From: Schmidtea nova
Lineage: Eukaryota
Assembly (NCBI GenBank): GCA_044892505.1
Contig: CM097882.1
Span: 542,996,001 to 543,060,000 of the forward strand
Reading direction: 5' to 3'
DNA: 64,000 nucleotides
Shown here piece after piece: positions 24,267 through 35,044 of the stretch; positions within the stretch are counted from its first letter, which is position 1, and each line of letters starts with the position of its first letter. The notes under the pieces are model-generated. The model was given only the letters and a program-made list of their open reading frames with translations. It was not told the DNA's origin and did not search any database. A program made the position numbers and the translations under genes.

Positions 24267-25518
24267 ATAAAATTAAATTAAATTAAATATATAATTTATA
24301 AACAAAAGTATAGTTGTTTGAATAACCAAACGCACTGGCACAATTTAGAATCAACAAAAAAAGCACTGGCTCAAATTCGAAAAACAAAATACAAATCAAG
24401 ATGGAATTCAATCAGTACAAGAGGATCGCAGCACGGATACATTTCTCGATTAATAAAATTTATATTATTATCAACTACAGTTTTGTTAGTTAGTGAGTGA
24501 GTCACAAGTTGTGAAGCTTCGGCACACTGCACATGGTATCGCCCGCTTTATTATTTCCTTCGTTACTTGTTCCAACTTAATTTTTTTATAATTTGTTCGT
24601 TTTCTACAGATTATATTTACTATAAAAACTTACTTTGTTTAGTGAACTGACAATAAAAAATACAATACTAATTAGTCTAATAATTATACTAATTAGTATC
24701 GTATTTTGTATTGTCAATTCACTAAACAAAGTAAGTTTTTATAGTAAATTTAATATAGTAAATATATAGTACAGTATAAAATATATTATATATTTTATAC
24801 TGTACAAAAATAAATGAAGACAATGTACTCATTTACTGTATTTTTCTTCGAAAAAATAGCGAGCCGTTTGTTCAAAATTTGGCAACCCACCCCTGTGTAT
24901 ATGGGAATACTAAATGTTTTAAATTCTTAAGGCCTTTAAATTTACAGTGAAGTGATAAAATATACATCTTCTTGTTCAAAATATCATTAAATTTATAACA
25001 ATTATTTATTATAATTAAAATATTAATAATAAACTAACTTTTGATAATTTTTCACATAGTGCAAATGGTTGAAATTCTTTGATAATTTTATAAACAAAAT
25101 TCAATAAAATCTTATTGTTGCAAATCTCATCAGCAAATTTCTGACTAATATCAATCGAATAAATAAATAAATCCAGAATTTTTTTAATGGACTTGTACAA
25201 GGTCAAATTCAAATTGATAGAATAATTTTTATCAAATACTTCAATAAATAAATTTTGTAGGAGTAGCCCAAATATTTCAATAGATTGGGTTGAGACAAGA
25301 ATATTTATATTTGTCTTTCTAATTGTTTTGTTTTCTTTAACACTAAATTTGTAATAGTAGTGATAATTGAAACGATCCAGACTCTCGACGAAACTTTTCG
25401 ATTCATAAGCATGATAGTTGCTTTTAAAATTTGACAAGTTGGTAATTTCGTCTTTTAGAATTTGTTGTATATCTTGATCTTTCATCATTTCATGCTCAAT
25501 TTTACATATCTTGTACAT
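5430..25518 (-). CDS. Host ARM-repeat + TIR (TIR_2-like) domain protein, 3'-incomplete; exons 25518-25039, 11003-10857, 10806-10635, 10589-10312, 10270-10180, 5578-5430
   Basis: All introns GT-AG with compatible phases (0,0,1,0,1); 1317 nt / 439 codons without a stop; ARM-like ELAKGIEKLSKIDENK and SILWNLAFNKKN; TIR betaA/alphaA HFMISYSHSNKKIVMDIYRLLQKRGFK. Confidence 0.78.
5634..5864. mobile_element. piggyBac-type MITE
   Basis: TTAA-CCCTTTCCTATCTT ... AAGATAGGAAAGGG-TTAA: 14-bp perfect TIR with TTAA TSD. Confidence 0.8.
6243..6720 (+). pseudogene. Highly degenerate Gypsy gag-like remnant
   Basis: Broken frames give MEPQSVAALLKYIPE and LRLEGMALDIWKYQTETTMNSYSVLKAALV*VF, resembling gag N-termini such as the one at 60758-61189. 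Confidence 0.4.
7821..7855. repeat. (TA)n microsatellite
   Basis: Direct read; abuts the Tigger terminus. Confidence 0.95.
7856..9375 (-). mobile_element. Tigger/pogo-family DNA transposon, internally deleted; 5' end in assembly gap
   Basis: TA-CACCTAATTCTGTTTTTACGCG terminus; inverse CGCGTAAAAACAGAA and related repeats at 9308-9375. Confidence 0.8.
8186..9149 (-). pseudogene. Tigger-like transposase (HTH-psq + CENP-B HTH + start of DDE), most of the DDE domain deleted
   Basis: ISLEIKIKILDRL...ESTIRTI; FSASTGWMTGYLKRH; DQIWNADETSLFWKRMP followed by an abrupt jump to C-terminal sequence. Confidence 0.85.
10180..10270 (-). CDS. ARM-TIR gene exon 5 (not in ORF track)
   Basis: TTATTTAG acceptor, G|GTATTA donor; RNFNENMNDTEKMPRKTYVNVLDGLNWILQ; the only arrangement found that restores phase between flanking exons. 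Confidence 0.65.
10312..10589 (-). CDS. ARM-TIR gene exon 4
   Basis: Follows a 45-nt GTAAAT...TTTAG intron (10634-10590); ARM-like ILWNLAF; donor GTAATT at 10311. Confidence 0.75.
10635..10806 (-). CDS. ARM-TIR gene exon 3
   Basis: Follows a 50-nt GTAACC...GAAG intron (10856-10807); LSSLLLIAHLSNE. Confidence 0.75.
10857..11003 (-). CDS. ARM-TIR gene exon 2 (not in ORF track)
   Basis: TTGTTAG acceptor, AAG|GTAACC donor, 49 open codons HHIQILNDAI...PYERIK. Confidence 0.7.
11051..11215. mobile_element. piggyBac-type MITE
   Basis: TTAA-CCCCTTTACCGT ... ACGGTAAAAGGG-TTAA, 12-bp TIR with 1 mismatch. Confidence 0.72.
11427..12474 (+). repeat. Gypsy-A 5' LTR (first ~18 nt in gap)
   Basis: Direct repeat of 17239-18293. 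Confidence 0.92.
11817..12150 (+). repeat. ~44-bp tandem array (~8 copies) inside the Gypsy-A LTR; second copy ~17636-17970
   Basis: CTATACATAT recurs at 11826, 11870, 11957, 12001, 12045, 12089, 12133. Confidence 0.9.
12477..12489 (+). promoter_or_regulatory. Primer-binding site TGGTGTCAGAAGT (tRNA-Leu-type)
   Basis: 2 nt downstream of the 5' LTR; the same TGGTGTCAG PBS occurs at 28438, 36021 and 43445. Confidence 0.8.
12666..13796 (+). CDS. gag: Gypsy-A Gag (CHCC motif)
   Basis: 376-aa intact ORF ending CYNHNKFGEKAFKCTQPC. Confidence 0.9.
   Translation: MASNQANPNITQTPMDNENTQPQHQNNNYYYNPENTHTINSVINPKPNLPNYFTDENGTPQKWLEFAKLTLTLSGIKSTKTLCSNIIAALPSNKLNEIADQIEEISKDDDPFNKLCNILTNKNKINRRQMLESCLNNTQLGDNKPTDFLRQLKQKLEYLQPNITNSGSNELVKEFFMRAMPPEIRRILAASNNADVETLADIADKINEEIYPTICSTQNNNKNKPHYNNPAYNKNNETNDNMNKLLNTLIGKFDEIIVENRQIKTELAEIKERCNKQTFNSTQSYDNYNKYNYNRDLPSDGQNRQNYSRSQSPNNNYRNRSNSPNRGNNYRNRSPERDPRNNYINKNLCYNHNKFGEKAFKCTQPCEFNKTEQGNQ
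13784..13790 (+). promoter_or_regulatory. -1 ribosomal frameshift slippery site G_GGA_AAC (gag-pol)
   Basis: X_XXY_YYZ heptamer in gag frame just before the gag stop; pol is in the -1 frame and open through the site. Confidence 0.75.
13805..16933 (+). pseudogene. pol: Gypsy-A Pol (protease, RT, RNase H, integrase) with two homopolymer frameshifts and one stop
   Basis: FLIDTGS, YLDD, TDCSGYAMG, TDHKPL, H-H-C-C finger, HIDIVGPL, TDQGRQFES, GPF; breaks at ~14690, ~14935 and 15517. Confidence 0.92.
17207..17217 (+). promoter_or_regulatory. Polypurine tract AAAGGGGGAAG
   Basis: Precedes the 3' LTR; identical tract at ~42411-42421. Confidence 0.8.
17221..18293 (+). repeat. Gypsy-A 3' LTR
   Basis: Starts TGTGG after PPT+TTA; ends CCATAATA and runs into (TA)n. 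Confidence 0.9.
19001..20107 (+). pseudogene. gag: Gypsy-B Gag with four CCHC zinc knuckles (two early stops)
   Basis: CWNCQEVGHMSREC, CFQCGKEGHKSREC, CFACKDIGHNRREC, CSGCGRRGHLRFQC. Confidence 0.88.
20708..23738 (+). pseudogene. pol: Gypsy-B Pol (multiple frameshifts and stops)
   Basis: LLDTGA, LCLDFR, IDLGSAYYQ, YLDD, TDHKA, IDFYGPL, QVDRG, GPF. Confidence 0.92.
24615..24749. repeat. ~135-bp near-perfect palindrome (foldback/MITE-like)
   Basis: TTTACTATAAAAACTTACTTTGTTTAGTGAA... mirrored by ...TTCACTAAACAAAGTAAGTTTTTATAGTAAA. Confidence 0.85.
24769..24805. repeat. 37-bp perfect palindrome
   Basis: GTACAGTATAAAATATAT-T-ATATATTTTATACTGTAC. Confidence 0.85.
25039..25518 (-). CDS. ARM-TIR gene first visible exon
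   Basis: 160 open codons ending AAA|GTTAGT donor, phase 0 compatible with exon 2; the start Met is inferred. Confidence 0.62.
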
Positions 25519-26486
25519 TTATGCATTTTTGCTACATTTAACTGTTTATTTAAATGTAACCAATCATAATTAGTTAACTCAGAAAATGATCATTGCCTTG
25601 TTTGTATGCGTGTGTGTGATTATGAGTTTGTATAAGGGATTGTAAAAATTATTAATTTAATTTCTTTGCCATTATTGATTTACTTAAGCTTTAAATTTAA
25701 TTGGTTTATCTTTATAAAAATGTAAAAATAATTAAAATTTGTTTTAAATAAATATATTTAAAAATTCGTTTACAAAATATGATAATTTGTCAAATTTATT
25801 ATCATTTATTTGTTGATTTATAAAAAACAGAGTAGTTTAATAATTGCAAAATAGAAATAAGTAGAAAATTAAAAATAGATAATAACATAAAATATTTCTA
25901 TTGTAAAAAAAAAATCTCGCAGTTTGAAAGAAAGGACGCAATTTGCTGAACTGCGGAAACATAATAAAAATTTTATTCATTAATTAATACCTGCTTTATT
26001 TAGAAAACAATCTCATTCTGGAGTCTGGAGCCAGAGTAATTAATACGAAAAAAGAATATACATAAACATTTAATTTAAATCAATAATTTTCATATTAATA
26101 ATTGTATGACTATAGATCAATTTTTTTTAGTTGTTAGGTACCCTATCTCACCTCCCATTCTGTACATCAATCATCAACCTAATCAATCCAATAATCATCT
26201 CAATTAACTATGATTAGTGATTTTGTTCAATTGTGAACATTTATTCTCCTTTTTTATATCAATCAATCAATCCACATCAAACCAGCCAATATAATGATTA
26301 TTGACAATTAACTATGACCATAACTATCATTTATTATTTAATCTCTTAAATAATTGTGACAATTTTATTTTACTGTGGGAAATTGGTGATATTATTATTT
26401 CGTATGTAAATTTGTATTATTCTTTCATAATTGTAATCAATTTTTAGACTGTTAGTGTAAATACATGTAATTGAAATCTATTAGTT

Positions 26487-26489
<3 letters not shown>

Positions 26490-26539
<50 letters not shown>
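26490..26539. repeat. (TA)n microsatellite
   Basis: Direct read. Confidence 0.95.
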
Positions 26540-26541
<2 letters not shown>

Positions 26542-27486
26542 CGGAGGAAAGCGAAAAAACTATTAAACTACCACTAAATCACTAACTAAATAAATTTAGC
26601 GTTTTTTTTAAATAAGTTCTTGAAGGGTAATCAGAAGAGACTTATAAAATAGAGCAGAAAAAGGCTTCACGCATTTTCAAAATTTTCATTCGAAACACAA
26701 CATCAAAACACATGAGATTTATATTTAACACGCACACATGCAAGCAGAAAGTTAATGGAAATGTTAGACACAGGAAGAATAGTCGACTCATTCGAAATTA
26801 TTGATGATTATAAAATAGAAGGAAAAATCCAGAATAAATGAATATGTGGACGGGAATCAAGATCAGACAATGAACCAAATGACATTTAATTTTAGACAAT
26901 ATAATTATGACAATTTATCAATTTACAATTTGTGATCTTGCGAACATTTATTGACATTTTTTATTTTATGGTGAAGCACACAATTAAAGTAAGGGATAAA
27001 GAGTGGTCTAGCACAAGCCATTTATCCCTAAACTGTATATGCTACGTAATAATTATACAGCTACCACCGCACCCTCGCAAAAATATTTGGAGTGATAAGT
27101 AATACGGTCCATATTATGTAACCATTACATAATGCTTTATATAATACGTGATAATTACGTGATAGTTGATTTGCTACGTGGTTGTTGTGTACTACTTTAT
27201 ATTGGATATAATTTTCTATATATTATGCAATTCCTATTTAACATTTTATAAATTATACAATAGTTCAGATTCTTATGTAATTGATGATGTAATACTAAAA
27301 TTTAATAAATTTTTTTTAATTTAAAAATAATTTTTATTTTATTTTTCACAATTTTGGTAAAAATTTTAAAAATAATTAATTTCTTCTAAATTTTTGCAAA
27401 ATCTTTAAAATTAATTAATATTTTCAACAAAAACATGGATAATTTTAAATCCGCGATCAATTTACATATGAAAAGGGTTGAGGCTC

Positions 27487-27850
27487 AGAATTAAATAACT
27501 TTTATACCAATCTACTGAGAATTGAATTGCGAACAAAAAAGAGTAAAAAAGTAAAAACATGAAAATTTTGTCTCATCCGACCCAATTTTACATGTAAAAT
27601 TGGTCGACTCCCACAATTTCCAAAAATCAAAAATGTTCAGAATTCAATAATTTTTATACCAATCTACTGAGAATTGAATGTCGAATAAAGAAAGAGTTGA
27701 AAAGTAAAAACATGAATATTTTGTCTCATCCGACCAAATTTTCCATGTAAAAAAGGTCGACTCGGGCAATTTCCAAAATTTTGAAAATGGTCAGAATTCA
27801 ATTATTTTTATACCAATCTAATGAGAATTGAATGGCGAACAAAAAAGGGT
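27487..27850. repeat. ~152-bp tandem repeat, ~2.4 copies
   Basis: AGAATT(C/A)AAT..TTTTATACCAATCTA recurs at 27487, 27639, 27793. Confidence 0.85.
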
Positions 27851-28449
27851 AATAATAATTATGATTTGTAATAATTGTAATAACTGTGAATTTCACAGGA
27901 GTTATTTAAATAAAAATAATTATTTTCAATAAATATTATTATTATAATCATCACTGTTCTAACTTTTGAATTAATAAGTATTGTTATTTGTAGGTTGTTG
28001 ATAGATTTTGTGTTAATAAGGGAAATTTTGTAGAGACCAAGAGAGTCTTACAAAAATAGTGTGTAGACACTCGGGGCGCTTGTTGTGTAACTTTTGGTGT
28101 GTGTAAATACAAATAATTCAAAATAGAAAATTCAAATGACAAACCAACAAAACTAATTATTTTTTTAAAACTTTTATTATTCAAAACTTTATAAACACGT
28201 ACTCGCGTAATTTATGTTTTAGTTCGTTTTCTTTAATTTACCTCCTTTAGTTTATCTTCCTTAGTAGTTAAGTTTTTTTCTTTGTTTTTTTTATTTGCTT
28301 TTATTGAAATAATAATTATCTTGTAATTAATATTTCAAATAAATTAAAAACAAATATTTTGTTTTAATTTAGAAATTGTAGTATAATAATATATTTTAAA
28401 AAAAAACGAGTTTTATGTCTTTCGATAACATAATAAATGGTGTCAGCAG

Positions 28450-29183
28450 CTTTCAACTCACAAATGTTTCTGTCAAAATTCCAGCACCCTTCGCCAATTG
28501 GAATCTATTGTTTGCTCAGGTCGATGCCAGTTTTCAATTATCAAGAATTTCAGAGGAGACCACTAAATATTTTCACTTAATATGCAACCTGCCATCCGAA
28601 ACACTCAAAATTTCAACATTTGCTAGATGGCAATAACCCTCTGGCATACAGCAATCTCAAAGCAGCTATCATTGATGACTACACGCAGAACAACAATATT
28701 TCCCTTTCAGACATCATGAGGGAACAATCATTGGGGGATAGAACGCCAACGGAGGCCCTACGTCAAATCCAAAGATATCTTCAGATATTTGATCAGACTA
28801 TCGATCCCAATGGCACAATAGCTCGTGAAATATTCTTAAGAGTTCTACCAAAGGACATACAATCCTCTCTATTATCTCAACCAGAGAACTATCTCCACTC
28901 TTTAGCCATGCTAGCCGACAAAATCATAGCCTTCAACAAATGTACTAGTCAGAGAAACAACATAACAGCCGTAACAGAAGAAGACAAAGAAAAATTCAAC
29001 GAGATTTCCATGCTGCGTGAAGAACTGAATGCACTCAGGCGAGCAATCAGCAAACCAGAATCAAGCAAACTGTGCTTCTATCACAAGACGTTTGGAGAGC
29101 GAGCAAGAAAATGTCAGCAGCCTTGCAGTTGGACCAATAAAACATTCAATCAGGACCAGGGAAATGGGAAAAGGTTTCATTAA
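28450..29183 (+). pseudogene. gag: Gypsy-C Gag (CHCC), frameshifted
   Basis: VKIPAPFANWNLLFAQVDASF; LGDRTPT; CFYHKTFGERARKCQQPC; GGGAAAT slippery site near the 3' end. Confidence 0.85.
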
Positions 29184-29199
29184 ACCTGAGGAATGAAAC

Positions 29200-32150
29200 A
29201 TGCCAAAAAGTATCAACACACTCAGGCACCAACTCAAATATTTTTAATATCAAAGCGAAACTTAAGGACCGATTCATCGAATTTCTTATTGACACTGGAG
29301 CTGACATCAGTGTAATACCAATGTCTTCATTTGAGGCCGACAGCAAATGCAACACCAATCGATGTTTAGTCTCTACAAACAACACTTCGATACAGTGTAA
29401 TGGTGAGAAAACGTTACATTTCACAATTGATGGTTTCAGTGACAAATTTAAATGGACGTTTGTCGTAGCAAGCGTCACAAGGACAATAATAGGCGCTGAT
29501 TTTCTATCGCATTTTAGAATAAATGTAGATTGCAGTACCAGAACAATATTCAAATAAAAATCCAACGAAAGTACAAACAAGACAATATGTGTATCAAACA
29601 TTCAATTCTACCGAGACATGATAGCGGAATCCGAGAGTTCCGAGCAAAACATTATAAAACCAAAAACAAGTCTTCGTATAAACACCTCCGGAATTCCAGT
29701 AGCCCAACGTCAACGAAGACTCTTCGGGGACAAACTCAAAGCCACTAAGGAAGAATTTGACAGACTTCTGGCGGCGGGGATCATACGCCACAGCAAAAGC
29801 GAATGGGCTTCACTACTAGTAGTAGTAAAAAAGGGAGATGGTACTTGGAGGCCTTGTGGAAATTACCGACTTTTGAATGAAATTACGAAAGCAAATAAAT
29901 ATCCATTACCTAGAATTAATGATATTTTAGACAGAATATCTGGCAGCAAATATTTCACGAAACTAGATCTGAAGAAGACATACCACCAAATCCCAAACCC
30001 TCCCATGGATACCTCGAAGACAGCGGTGATCACGCCTTTTGGCCTATTCGAATATGTAAAGATGCCGTTCGGCCTTAGGAATGCATCACAGACGTTTCAG
30101 CAATACATGGACGATACGCTGTCCAAGACGAGGCGATATTGCCTCAATTACATTGATGATGTGTTGATATTCTCGAACAATGTGGAGGAACATCGTGACA
30201 ACGTGAAGAGTGTGATGCAAACACTAATCGCCGCTGGCCTGAATATCAATAAAGACAAATGTGAATGGGAGAAAACAAATGTCGATTTCTTAGGATTTAA
30301 TATATCGGCATCAGGAATCAGGCCAACACAACAGAGGGTTGATGCTATCATGAGTATAAATAAACCCGACAACTTAAAGGAACTGAGACGCTTCATTGGG
30401 AGTATAGGGTACTATCATTGGCAAATACCACATATATCATCGATCCTATCTCCCCTACATCAATTGGTATCATCATCAATTAAAGATAAAAAGAACTATC
30501 TGTGGTTGAAGGTCCACAATGATGCATTCGAAGAAGCAAAACGACAACTTAACTCCATAACACATCTCAAATACCCTGATGAAAAACTGCCGTTCATTTT
30601 ACAGACAGACGCTTCCTCCATTGCTGTAGGAGCAAGTTTAAACCAGAGGAGAAATAGTAAAAACTATACACCCATTGCCTTCTTCTCTAGGAAATTAACG
30701 GATGCCGAGACAAGATACTCGACATTTGACCGGGAACTTATGGCAGTTCATTTATCAATTAAACATTTTCAACATTATTTAGACGGATCAAAATTCACTG
30801 TCATGACTGACCACAAACCATTACTCCGAGTTCTGAAGATGAAAGAACCATCACCTAGACAGTGGAGATCCATCGAATTTCTAAGCCGATTTGACTTCCA
30901 GTGGGAATTTGTAAAAGGAGTCGACAACGTGGTAGCTGATCTACTGTCAAGACCCAACATAAAAGCCTCACAAAAAGAAACCAGTATACATTTATTTGGA
31001 ATATCAACCTCAGAGTTAATAGAAGAACAATCCAAGGACCAGACGCTACAAGTATTAAAGGATGGCGAACTTGAACTAGCACTGAAAACAACATATTGGT
31101 TGATACATCCCAAGGAAGCCCAAGAGTGATGCTACCAAAGATGTACAGATTTCCGGAATTTGAAAGAATTCACCGAATATCTCCCCAGGAGCCAAGCCGA
31201 CCATACAGTTAATGAAAGAACGTTATGTCTGGCCAAGAATGAAGAGTGATATAAGAGAGTGGTGCAGACAATGCCAGAAATGTCAAGTAGCTAAGATATC
31301 TAGACATACCAAAACACCGATTGGAGAAATACCAACAAAAGGAAGATTTCATACAGTTCACCTGGATATCGTCGGACCGCTCCCAGTAGTAAACAATAAA
31401 CGATATATTCTAACCATGATAGACAGAGGAACATCGTGGGTAGAAGCAATTCCTCTTTATGATATAACATCCGACATGATCCTGAAAACCTTTGAAAGGG
31501 AGTAGATAAGTAGATTTGGTACACCACACATTGTCATTACAGACCAAGGAACGCAATTCGAGTCAGAGAAATTTCGACAATTTTGTGTCGAAAAAGGAAT
31601 TGAAAGGCATAGAACGACTGCATATCACCCTCAATCAAATGGTAAAATAGAGAGATAACATAGATCAATGAAAAACTTCATTCGAGCGCATTCAAATAAT
31701 GCTTCAAGAACATGGGCTGAAGACCTTCCAAAGATTCTATTAAGCCTTCGCAACTGTGAGAGATCAGGCGGTAAACCATCGGCGGCCAAACTCACATTTG
31801 GACAAATAACCAGACTTCCAGGAGATTTTGTAATCACGAAACAAATTCCGTGTGAGGAAGAAGAGATTGAATCAATTCAGAAGCTATTAGATGAAAATGG
31901 GGAAGAGGATGCACCGTGTTCAAAACAGAAAGAAGCTACATACATCAATAAATTTCTCTCAAGTTGTAGTAAAGTTTGGCTGCGCTCCGAATTCAGAAAA
32001 ACATTCAAGAATCCGTATTCAGGACTATATAATGTTATAGAAAGATCATCCGACAAAAAAACTATGATAATCAATCTGGATGGAGCTATAAAGAGAATTT
32101 CAACTGACAGACTCAAGCCGTGTGTAGAAAACGAGCAGCAGACGCAATGA
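29200..32150 (+). pseudogene. pol: Gypsy-C Pol (protease, RT, RNase H, integrase; several stops and frameshifts)
   Basis: FLIDTGA, YIDD, QTDAS, TDHKPL, HLDIVGPL, TDQGTQFES. Confidence 0.92.
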
Positions 32151-33479
32151 ATCTTGGATAGGAGTTATATTGGAATATTAATTATCTTTTAATTAATATT
32201 TCAAATAAATTAAAAACAAATATTTTGTTTTAATTTAGAAATTGTAGTATAATAATATATTTTTAAAAAAACGAGTTTTATGTCTTTCGATAACATAATA
32301 GCTTTCTTTAATTATACTTCCTCAACTGAGTTTCTTTGATCAAGTTTCTATAAGTTACTCGCAATGATCTGTATTGTCGCTTGTTAAGGTTTCTTCTCAG
32401 TCTTTATTTCTTTTTTTTGTCTTCTTTAATTTGACTTCTTTAATTGGGTTTCTTTAAGCAAGTTTTCTTTCGTTTTTATAATTAATTTGAGTTAATTCTC
32501 ACGTCTTCAAATTCAAATAATTTTGCCAATCGTTTTTCTTTTTACTTTTCAATTTGTTTCTTTAGTTTCCAATTAGTAATTTTCTATGGTTTGTTTATTT
32601 CCAAATTTCCAGTTTTTATTTTAATTTGTGAATTGATTTATTTTTACTTACTATAGTTTATTTCTATAGTAAGTAAAATTTTAAATTCAAATTTTTTATT
32701 TCATAATAATAATTATAACATTTATGAAATAACACCAGGGGGGTCATCCTGTGTCCATACGGACGCCCAACGTCAATAAAACGACGGCGATATTAATCAG
32801 GTGATGATTATAAAAATAATTTAAAAAATCATAATGTCGATACGACTTTTAGAGTAATATAAATAAACCCAATGTTGATATAACAATTACCATAACCATA
32901 ATAAAAATATACAGCATTAACAATCACTATTATTATCAACTATATAATTATTTTTAACAAGTAAAGCTTGTGATGCTTTGTGATACCCAGTGCAAATCCC
33001 CAATAGCAGACTAGTTTTGAGCTTTTGACTCTCATCAGTGCTATGCAGGAGACGCGAAAATTTCACTCCGCGCCAGGTAAGTTTAAAACAAAGTCAAAAG
33101 ATTTTTGTTATATACTATACCTGAATTAAATATAAGTTGATTGTTTTAATCAATCAATAAATTTACAAAAACAATGGAAGCACACATCATTTATCGGAAT
33201 TAAAAACAAAAATTTTAGGAATAAATAAATTAAATTATAAAATTAAATTTACAAAAATTAAATAAATAATCATTTATTGAAACAAATAATTTGAGTTTCA
33301 ATCATAATATAATTATTTGAATGGAAATATGCGTGGGTGTCAGCCTATTTAGTATAAATAGACGCGAAAAATCACAATAAAAATAATATAGGTAGTTAGC
33401 AAAAGTTTGCAGAATTTCATTTTCGCCAGTCAGTCACGTAGGTGAGTAGGTTTGTTTTGTGTATGGTAATCTGTAATCA

Positions 33480-34053
33480 TGTTATGTGAATGGTATTCAA
33501 TAAATGTTTTGAATAATAAAAATTCATGATTATTCGCGGGTAAACCATCAGAACCTCCGGGAGAAAATATATAAGGGCACGTCTTGATGGTCTCACAACC
33601 TGATGGGCAATAAATGGCGTCTCGTCCTGACTCTCTTCAGGGGGTTAGGCGATGCCGCATACTTGAACCAAATTTAGGCGAGAGGAAATTAGATTGCCAG
33701 GAGCATTCGTCGTTTTGGTGAATTAATTGGAAAGGAATAAAGATTTAATGTTGATAGCGAAAAGTAATAGATCGTTAGGAGAAAATCATGCGATAGGAAC
33801 GAAAAGAAAGTAGATTCGAAAATCCTTCTATCGGCAGCAAGAACCCGAAAGAGAGAATTTAGTGAGGAGTAGTTTCGGCAACGGAGCTCACCTGCTCACT
33901 AGATTATCACCACTGTGTACAGTACCAACATAGTTATTTGGGGAATAACTATGGGTGCACGTGTGTGATGGATTGATATTTGTGCTGCGGTGTGGGTTGT
34001 GTTAACACCTGGAATCGTTAATAGTTTTATAACAACACCCATACCACCCAACA
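33480..34053 (-). repeat. LTR-like repeat, homologous to 49073-50076 in inverted orientation
   Basis: Shared block CTCAC(C/T)TGCT(C/T)ACTAGATT..C(A/G)CCACTGTGTACA.TACCA.CATAGTTA; minus-strand TGTTG...CATAACA ends; no TSD found. Confidence 0.5.
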
Positions 34054-34985
34054 TGTTTATATTACTAATTAATTTTACTTATTGGTATGTTTTAAGGAAA
34101 AATAAAGTTATATCCTACGAAAAATTTTCGTTATTAACTTTTTATTTGTTTTATAGAATTTCTACTCTGTCAGACATTTTCCCATTCTATAGAATTGATA
34201 TTAAAAAGAAAAGAAGAATTTTTGCTTAATTCTAATGTATATAATCATAACTAATCGTTGTTCTTCCATACCTTTTGATGTCGGTCCGGTCTTATGCGCC
34301 GTACTGACTAAGTAGCCGAATTGAATTGCTGGTGGGCTGAGGTCATTTCAACTTGGTTATGGCAATTTATATACCGAATTTCTCTTGTTGTTTTCATTAG
34401 CGCGTTTATAACAATTTTTTTGGATTGAATTTCTCGATTTTTCCAAAATTAAATATAACGATTTTAAGGAAAATTAAAATATTATTTTGTGTAAAATTTT
34501 ATAAAAAATTTAAATAAATTTGTTTTAATCCAAAATTTTTACTTTAAGGTTTTAAGGGTTAGTGTTTTTGAAAGTCACTGAACTATAAGAAAATAGTCAC
34601 TTTCCAAAAATTATCCGTAGTTGAACCAAAATCCCTATGAAATTGCATTTATATCCATTTTTTAATATAAAAAAGAAATAAGCAAAAGAAATGTTTTATT
34701 GAACGAACACGATAAGACAACTTCAAAAGTCTCATGAATATAAAATAAAAAATTTTCCAAACTCCGGAGACGACAACGAAATGATAATTCCCGGGTATGC
34801 TCTAAATGGGATGATTAAATTCGAGGGAGAAGCAGAGATTGATTTCTGCCATTGTTCATGGAAAAGTACAACTAAATAAAAATAAAATGTTACACTTCTA
34901 ATAGCTGAAAATAAATGTATTAGCGTTTATGTAGTACCTTCGTCATATATATATTTTATTTACATTTTAAATTATTGTTAAATAT

Positions 34986-35044
<59 letters not shown>

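Larger units (their letters stand above)
28302..32300 (+). mobile_element. Gypsy-C: compact (~4 kb) CsRN1-like Gypsy with short TA...TA LTRs
   Basis: ~134-bp direct repeats 28302-28435 and 32168-32300; perfect TSD GCTTT; PBS TGGTGTCAG at 28438; purine tract GGATAGGAG before the 3' LTR. Confidence 0.88.
27955..32922 (-). mobile_element. Solo LTR (~0.96 kb, Gypsy-D LTR family) split by Gypsy-C
   Basis: Minus-strand start TGTTAATGCTGTAT matches the 35193/42425 LTR start; CCCCGAGTGTCT..AAGACTCTCT motif; TG..CA ends; perfect TSD ATCAC at 27950-27954 and 32923-32927. Confidence 0.8.
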
